Below are positions 30,841-33,138 of a stretch of DNA of 33,138 nucleotides, piece by piece. The stretch is taken from positions 1-33,138 of IMG/VR virus record IMGVR_UViG_3300020414_001513; one strand, given 5' to 3'. The notes beneath the pieces are model-generated. The model did no database searches, had not been told where the DNA came from, and saw only the letters and a program-made list of their open reading frames with translations. Source of the DNA: a virus. Taxonomy: Duplodnaviria > Caudoviricetes. Positions within the stretch are counted from its first letter, which is position 1. Each line of letters begins with the position of its first letter. The translations under genes and the position numbers were made by a program.

Positions 30841-30888
30841 CTCCTGATTTACACTGAAATCAGAACTTTTAAAGGGGTTGCTATCCCT
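30841..30888 (-). promoter_or_regulatory. Two-hairpin leader; the second hairpin hides the Shine-Dalgarno site
   Basis: Minus strand reads AGGGAT-AGCA-ACCCCT, then TTAAAAG, then TTCTGATTT-CAGTGT-AAATCAGGA. The 3' arm holds AGGA of the AGGAG SD. Confidence 0.6.
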
Positions 30889-30893
30889 ATCAA

Positions 30894-31448
30894 TCAATAT
30901 CCTGTTCTTACGTTATTCTTTCGTGCCCAATTATTATATCTTTTTACTTGATTTCCGAGGTAATTAACTCCTTGACCAATCTTATCGCCAAGTTTTTTAC
31001 CAATATCAGTTTTTGGATCTGCTTTCATTCCAGGTATGTTTTGAGCAAGTGTATCAACCGCAGAACCTGACTGTCCTTGATTCACAATAGCAGCACCAAT
31101 CGGTCCTGCCATAGGTAATGCTATACCAACGCCTGCTCCTATTCTATCAATAGGTGACTGATTTTTATCAAGAGCAACTCCAACATTCTGAGCACGATAG
31201 AAGTTTCTAAAAGGTTGAACTCTATTCATAACCCTATTAACAGGGCGAGTAACAGGAGAGATCGCCTGTCCAATTCTATCTCTTAACTGAGTAACAGGAC
31301 GAGTAACAGGAGAAAGTGCTTGTCCAACACTAGTTCTTAATCTGGTCAGTGCATTACCACTACGTGGTTTGGTAAGAGTACCAGCAGTAGCAGCATTTTC
31401 TGTAAGTACAGTATTTGCTTCAGTACAGAATTGTTTATATGTTTTCAT
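30894..31448 (-). CDS. Hypothetical protein, candidate internal head protein
   Basis: 184 aa, basic; starts MKTYKQFCTE; contains an 18-aa tandem repeat and a Gly-rich hydrophobic segment; has its own late promoter. Confidence 0.75.
   Translation of the reverse strand: MKTYKQFCTEANTVLTENAATAGTLTKPRSGNALTRLRTSVGQALSPVTRPVTQLRDRIGQAISPVTRPVNRVMNRVQPFRNFYRAQNVGVALDKNQSPIDRIGAGVGIALPMAGPIGAAIVNQGQSGSAVDTLAQNIPGMKADPKTDIGKKLGDKIGQGVNYLGNQVKRYNNWARKNNVRTGY
31246..31327 (-). repeat. 54-nt-period coding repeat (GQALSPVTRPV / GQAISPVTRPV)
   Basis: cgagtaacaggaga at 31246 and 31300; tgtccaa at 31267 and 31321. Confidence 0.85.
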
Positions 31449-31468
31449 CTAACCAGTTTGTTTTTAGG

Positions 31469-31476
31469 TATTTATT
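31469..31476 (-). promoter_or_regulatory. Late promoter AATAAATA
   Basis: NATAAATA immediately after the terminator U-tract, 20 nt before the ATG at 31448. Confidence 0.75.
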
Positions 31477-31500
31477 AAAAAAGAGGGGTCAATGCCCCTC
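31477..31500 (-). terminator. Rho-independent terminator
   Basis: GAGGGG-CATTGA-CCCCTC followed by TTTTTT on the minus strand, 7 nt after the stop at 31508. Confidence 0.88.
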
Positions 31501-31507
31501 CTTGTGT

Positions 31508-31657
31508 TCATTTTCTACCTTGTCCACGATATGCTTTTTTAGCATTATTGCGAGAAGAAGCGGCGTACTTCGTGTTTTTTCCGGATCCTTGACGAGTCTT
31601 CTTCGGTTTGGATTCTACGAATTTTTCGCCAGAGAGCCCGACTTTAGAGCGTGCCAT
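31508..31657 (-). CDS. 49-aa highly basic hypothetical protein
   Basis: Hand-translated: MARSKVGLSGEKFVESKPKKTRQGSGKNTKYAASSRNNAKKAYRGQGRK*; starts 3 nt after the upstream stop. Confidence 0.8.
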   Translation of the reverse strand: MARSKVGLSGEKFVESKPKKTRQGSGKNTKYAASSRNNAKKAYRGQGRK

Positions 31658-31660
31658 AAG

Positions 31661-31825
31661 TTAATCACCTGTAGTAATTTGAGTATCAAGTTCCGAGGGG
31701 TTCGGAGACCCAGTAGAGTAGAAGTCCTCTGCTAGGTCCAGTAGTTTATCAAAGTATTCGTCTTCGGTCAAGCCTTCTGCAAGTACTTGACCCCTATGGA
31801 GAATTGTATAAAACTCCTGTGACAT
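31661..31825 (-). CDS. 54-aa acidic hypothetical protein
   Basis: Hand-translated: MSQEFYTILHRGQVLAEGLTEDEYFDKLLDLAEDFYSTGSPNPSELDTQITTGD*; starts 1 nt after the glycosyltransferase-like stop. Confidence 0.8.
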   Translation of the reverse strand: MSQEFYTILHRGQVLAEGLTEDEYFDKLLDLAEDFYSTGSPNPSELDTQITTGD

Positions 31826-31826
31826 A

Positions 31827-32588
31827 TCAGATCACGCGAGTCTTTTCGTGACCAACTCTGACGCGAGGATCACACCAAATCTCAAATCCTGCTTCCTTTG
31901 CGTCCAGACAGAATGATACATCCTCTCCACACATATCTTGTACTTCACCAGATTCAAAGATCTGCATCTTCGGTGCAAACCAAGGATACTTAATGTCTTC
32001 GTGCTCAAACACACCATTCTTGATCAGCAACCAACCAAATCCTGCATAGTCCACAGTAAATGGTTTCTTACGCTTTACAATCGTCTCCAGTGTTTCGTGA
32101 TTCATAACACCACCATTGTTTCGGAAGTCATCTTCTTCCATCCAATGTGCAACACTGGTGGTTTGACCGTCTTCGGTACAATACCAACCACTTGCAATAT
32201 CCTTGTCCATCAATACCAATTGATAGAACTTCTCAGAGTTGAATACAATATCACTATCAATCCACAACTGATAATCATACTTTAGTTTACCATCCCAAGG
32301 TTTCTGATCTGGTCCACGCAATACATTAGCACCAAGACACTTGCAACGTGCAAAGTTCACCATAGAACTATAGTCTTGACTAATCTGAATACTTGCTCCA
32401 GATTGTACAAGGTCAAAACACAGTTGTACAAAGTTCTTCAGATACGTGTAAGATACACCACGACCTGGTAAACAGAATACAACGGTCTTTCCCTTGACCA
32501 TTTCTCTTGCTCTCGCATAGTCCCATTCTGGTTCTGCTTCTTTTTTTACAACAGGAGACTTTGCTTTTACTGTAAATCCTTTTGCCAT
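31827..32588 (-). CDS. GT-A fold (GT2-like) glycosyltransferase-like protein
   Basis: 253 aa; DxD motif in QLWIDSDIVF, plus AGFGWLLIKNGVFE, GEDVSFC and DPRVRVGHEK, which follow the GT-A motif order. Confidence 0.75.
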   Translation of the reverse strand: MAKGFTVKAKSPVVKKEAEPEWDYARAREMVKGKTVVFCLPGRGVSYTYLKNFVQLCFDLVQSGASIQISQDYSSMVNFARCKCLGANVLRGPDQKPWDGKLKYDYQLWIDSDIVFNSEKFYQLVLMDKDIASGWYCTEDGQTTSVAHWMEEDDFRNNGGVMNHETLETIVKRKKPFTVDYAGFGWLLIKNGVFEHEDIKYPWFAPKMQIFESGEVQDMCGEDVSFCLDAKEAGFEIWCDPRVRVGHEKTRVI

Positions 32589-32608
32589 AATTAGGTCAAA
32601 TTAAAATG

Positions 32609-32622
32609 TTGAATGCATTCAA
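32609..32622. promoter_or_regulatory. Perfect 14-bp palindrome TTGAATGCATTCAA, candidate operator
   Basis: Self-complementary; lies over the predicted +1 of the adjacent sigma70-type promoter. Confidence 0.55.
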
Positions 32623-32627
32623 AAGTA

Positions 32628-32656
32628 ATTATACTATGAGATCAATCCTTTGTCTA
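32628..32656 (-). promoter_or_regulatory. Host sigma70-type promoter TAGACA-N17-TATAAT
   Basis: -35 at 32656-32651 (5/6 match), 17-nt spacer and a perfect -10 at 32633-32628, upstream of the glycosyltransferase-like gene. Confidence 0.78.
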
Positions 32657-32658
32657 TA

Positions 32659-32826
32659 CTACCGTTCGGTTATTACGATAGCATCTCCGTCAACTTCCAT
32701 ATTGATCTCTGTGCCCTCATACCACCCGAATTCGGATATCACCCATTCTGGTACTTGGATCACATACTCACCAGTTACTGGATCGACCTCTACGGTGCTA
32801 AAATTTTCTCCGGGATTTTTTTGCAT
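32659..32826 (-). CDS. AbrB/MazE/SpoVT-like small DNA-binding protein
   Basis: MQKNPGENFSTVEVDPVTGEYVIQVPEWVISEFGWYEGTEINMEVDGDAIVITER fits the swapped-hairpin pattern (G...I.VP..V...FG...G..I.......IVI). An alternative start is at 32847. Confidence 0.65.
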   Translation of the reverse strand: MQKNPGENFSTVEVDPVTGEYVIQVPEWVISEFGWYEGTEINMEVDGDAIVITER

Positions 32827-32875
32827 ATGAGTTATTTCATTATCCATTCTTGGTTTATATAGAAAAGTGTAGAGT

Positions 32876-32910
32876 TCTATAAAGAGCTGGCAAAAGCAAG
32901 ACTTTATAGA
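32876..32910. repeat. Inverted repeat TCTATAAAG-N17-CTTTATAGA
   Basis: 9-bp perfect arms at 32876-32884 and 32902-32910. Confidence 0.75.
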
Positions 32911-32960
32911 TTGGAGGGACCCATCGGTTTTATATACGGGGACGCCCCCACGCGCCGACG

Positions 32961-32990
32961 GGCGGCACCCCCCGCCAGGGGGGCACTGCC
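32961..32990 (-). other. GC-rich hairpin
   Basis: Minus strand GGCAGTGCCCCCC-TGGC-GGGGGGTGCCGCC: six C-G pairs, tandem G.U wobbles and one mismatch. Confidence 0.7.
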
Positions 32991-33015
32991 TATCACGAAC
33001 CCATAGGACTGTCAA
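32987..33015 (-). promoter_or_regulatory. Possible sigma70-type promoter TTGACA-N17-TAGGCA
   Basis: Perfect -35 at 33015-33010 and a 17-nt spacer ending TGA, but the -10 is weak. Confidence 0.35.
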
Positions 33016-33019
33016 CCCC

Positions 33020-33138
33020 TCACCCACGGAGGAAGCGGGCGATGCGCTCCCGCTTGCGGAGGGGCATCAGGCGGGTGTATTCAACCCAGCGGGGACCCAA
33101 CTCATGGCGCTTGATTAGTCCCTGTGACGCCATCACCT
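33020..33138 (-). CDS. 3' end of a GC-rich small hypothetical protein, possibly the C-terminus of a winged helix
   Basis: Hand-translated: ...VMASQGLIKRHELGPRWVEYTRLMPLRKRERIARFLRG*; the frame is open to the window edge. Confidence 0.55.
   Translation of the reverse strand, partial: VMASQGLIKRHELGPRWVEYTRLMPLRKRERIARFLRG

Noticed and set aside
31240-31330. Short direct repeats as a possible CRISPR-like array
   Set aside because: There are only 2-3 imperfect in-frame copies, explained by a protein repeat, with no spacer structure and no cas genes.
31827-32826. AbrB/MazE-like gene as the antitoxin of a toxin-antitoxin pair
   Set aside because: The downstream gene looks like a GT-A enzyme with its own promoter, not a MazF or PIN toxin.
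181-32862. Numerous 60-160 aa plus-strand and out-of-frame minus-strand ORFs in the track
   Set aside because: They overlap well-supported minus-strand genes, show no recognisable motifs, and are expected from the codon bias of Gly/Thr/Val-rich genes.
32938-32990. GC hairpins as a tRNA or rho-independent terminator
   Set aside because: There is no cloverleaf or T-loop consensus, and no U-tract follows on the transcribed strand.
32848-33027. N-terminal extension of the 122-aa ORF 32659..33027
   Set aside because: It starts at a GTG inside the upstream ORF and runs through hairpins with unprotein-like sequence. The real start is more likely 32826 or 32847.

Overview
This window is a virion-structural gene block from a T4-like marine cyanomyovirus (Kyanoviridae-like; the host is probably a picocyanobacterium, which is inference). 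Every credible gene is on the minus strand. In transcription order (right to left) it holds the tail of a GC-rich small ORF, a structured non-coding junction and an AbrB/MazE-like small protein. Then come a GT-A glycosyltransferase-like protein, two small ORFs, a 184-aa protein with a T4 internal-protein-like N-terminus and an 88-aa hypothetical. The baseplate genes follow: gp25, gp6, a 4282-aa gp7-like protein, gp8 and a 2471-aa VrlC/DUF4815-like protein. After these are small ORFs including a 59-aa NblA-like gene, a fibre-like protein, neck gp13 and gp14, tail terminator gp15, small terminase gp16, and the start of a Cys- and Gly/Asn-rich protein. T4-type late promoters (TATAAATA), a sigma70-type promoter with a palindromic operator, a rho-independent terminator and a hairpin that hides a Shine-Dalgarno site are visible. 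Five ORFs missing from the supplied track were translated by hand. I saw no tRNA, CRISPR array, intein or mobile element. The most interesting candidates are: (i) a self-contained late cassette for a possibly packaged and injected protein, (ii) the NblA-like gene inside the structural operon, (iii) a G-[IVLF]-[GST]-[ST]-like motif that recurs across virion proteins encoded near a glycosyltransferase, (iv) an AbrB-like gene beside an operator, and (v) the structured GC-rich junction. All family assignments come from motif recognition and gene order, not from database searches.
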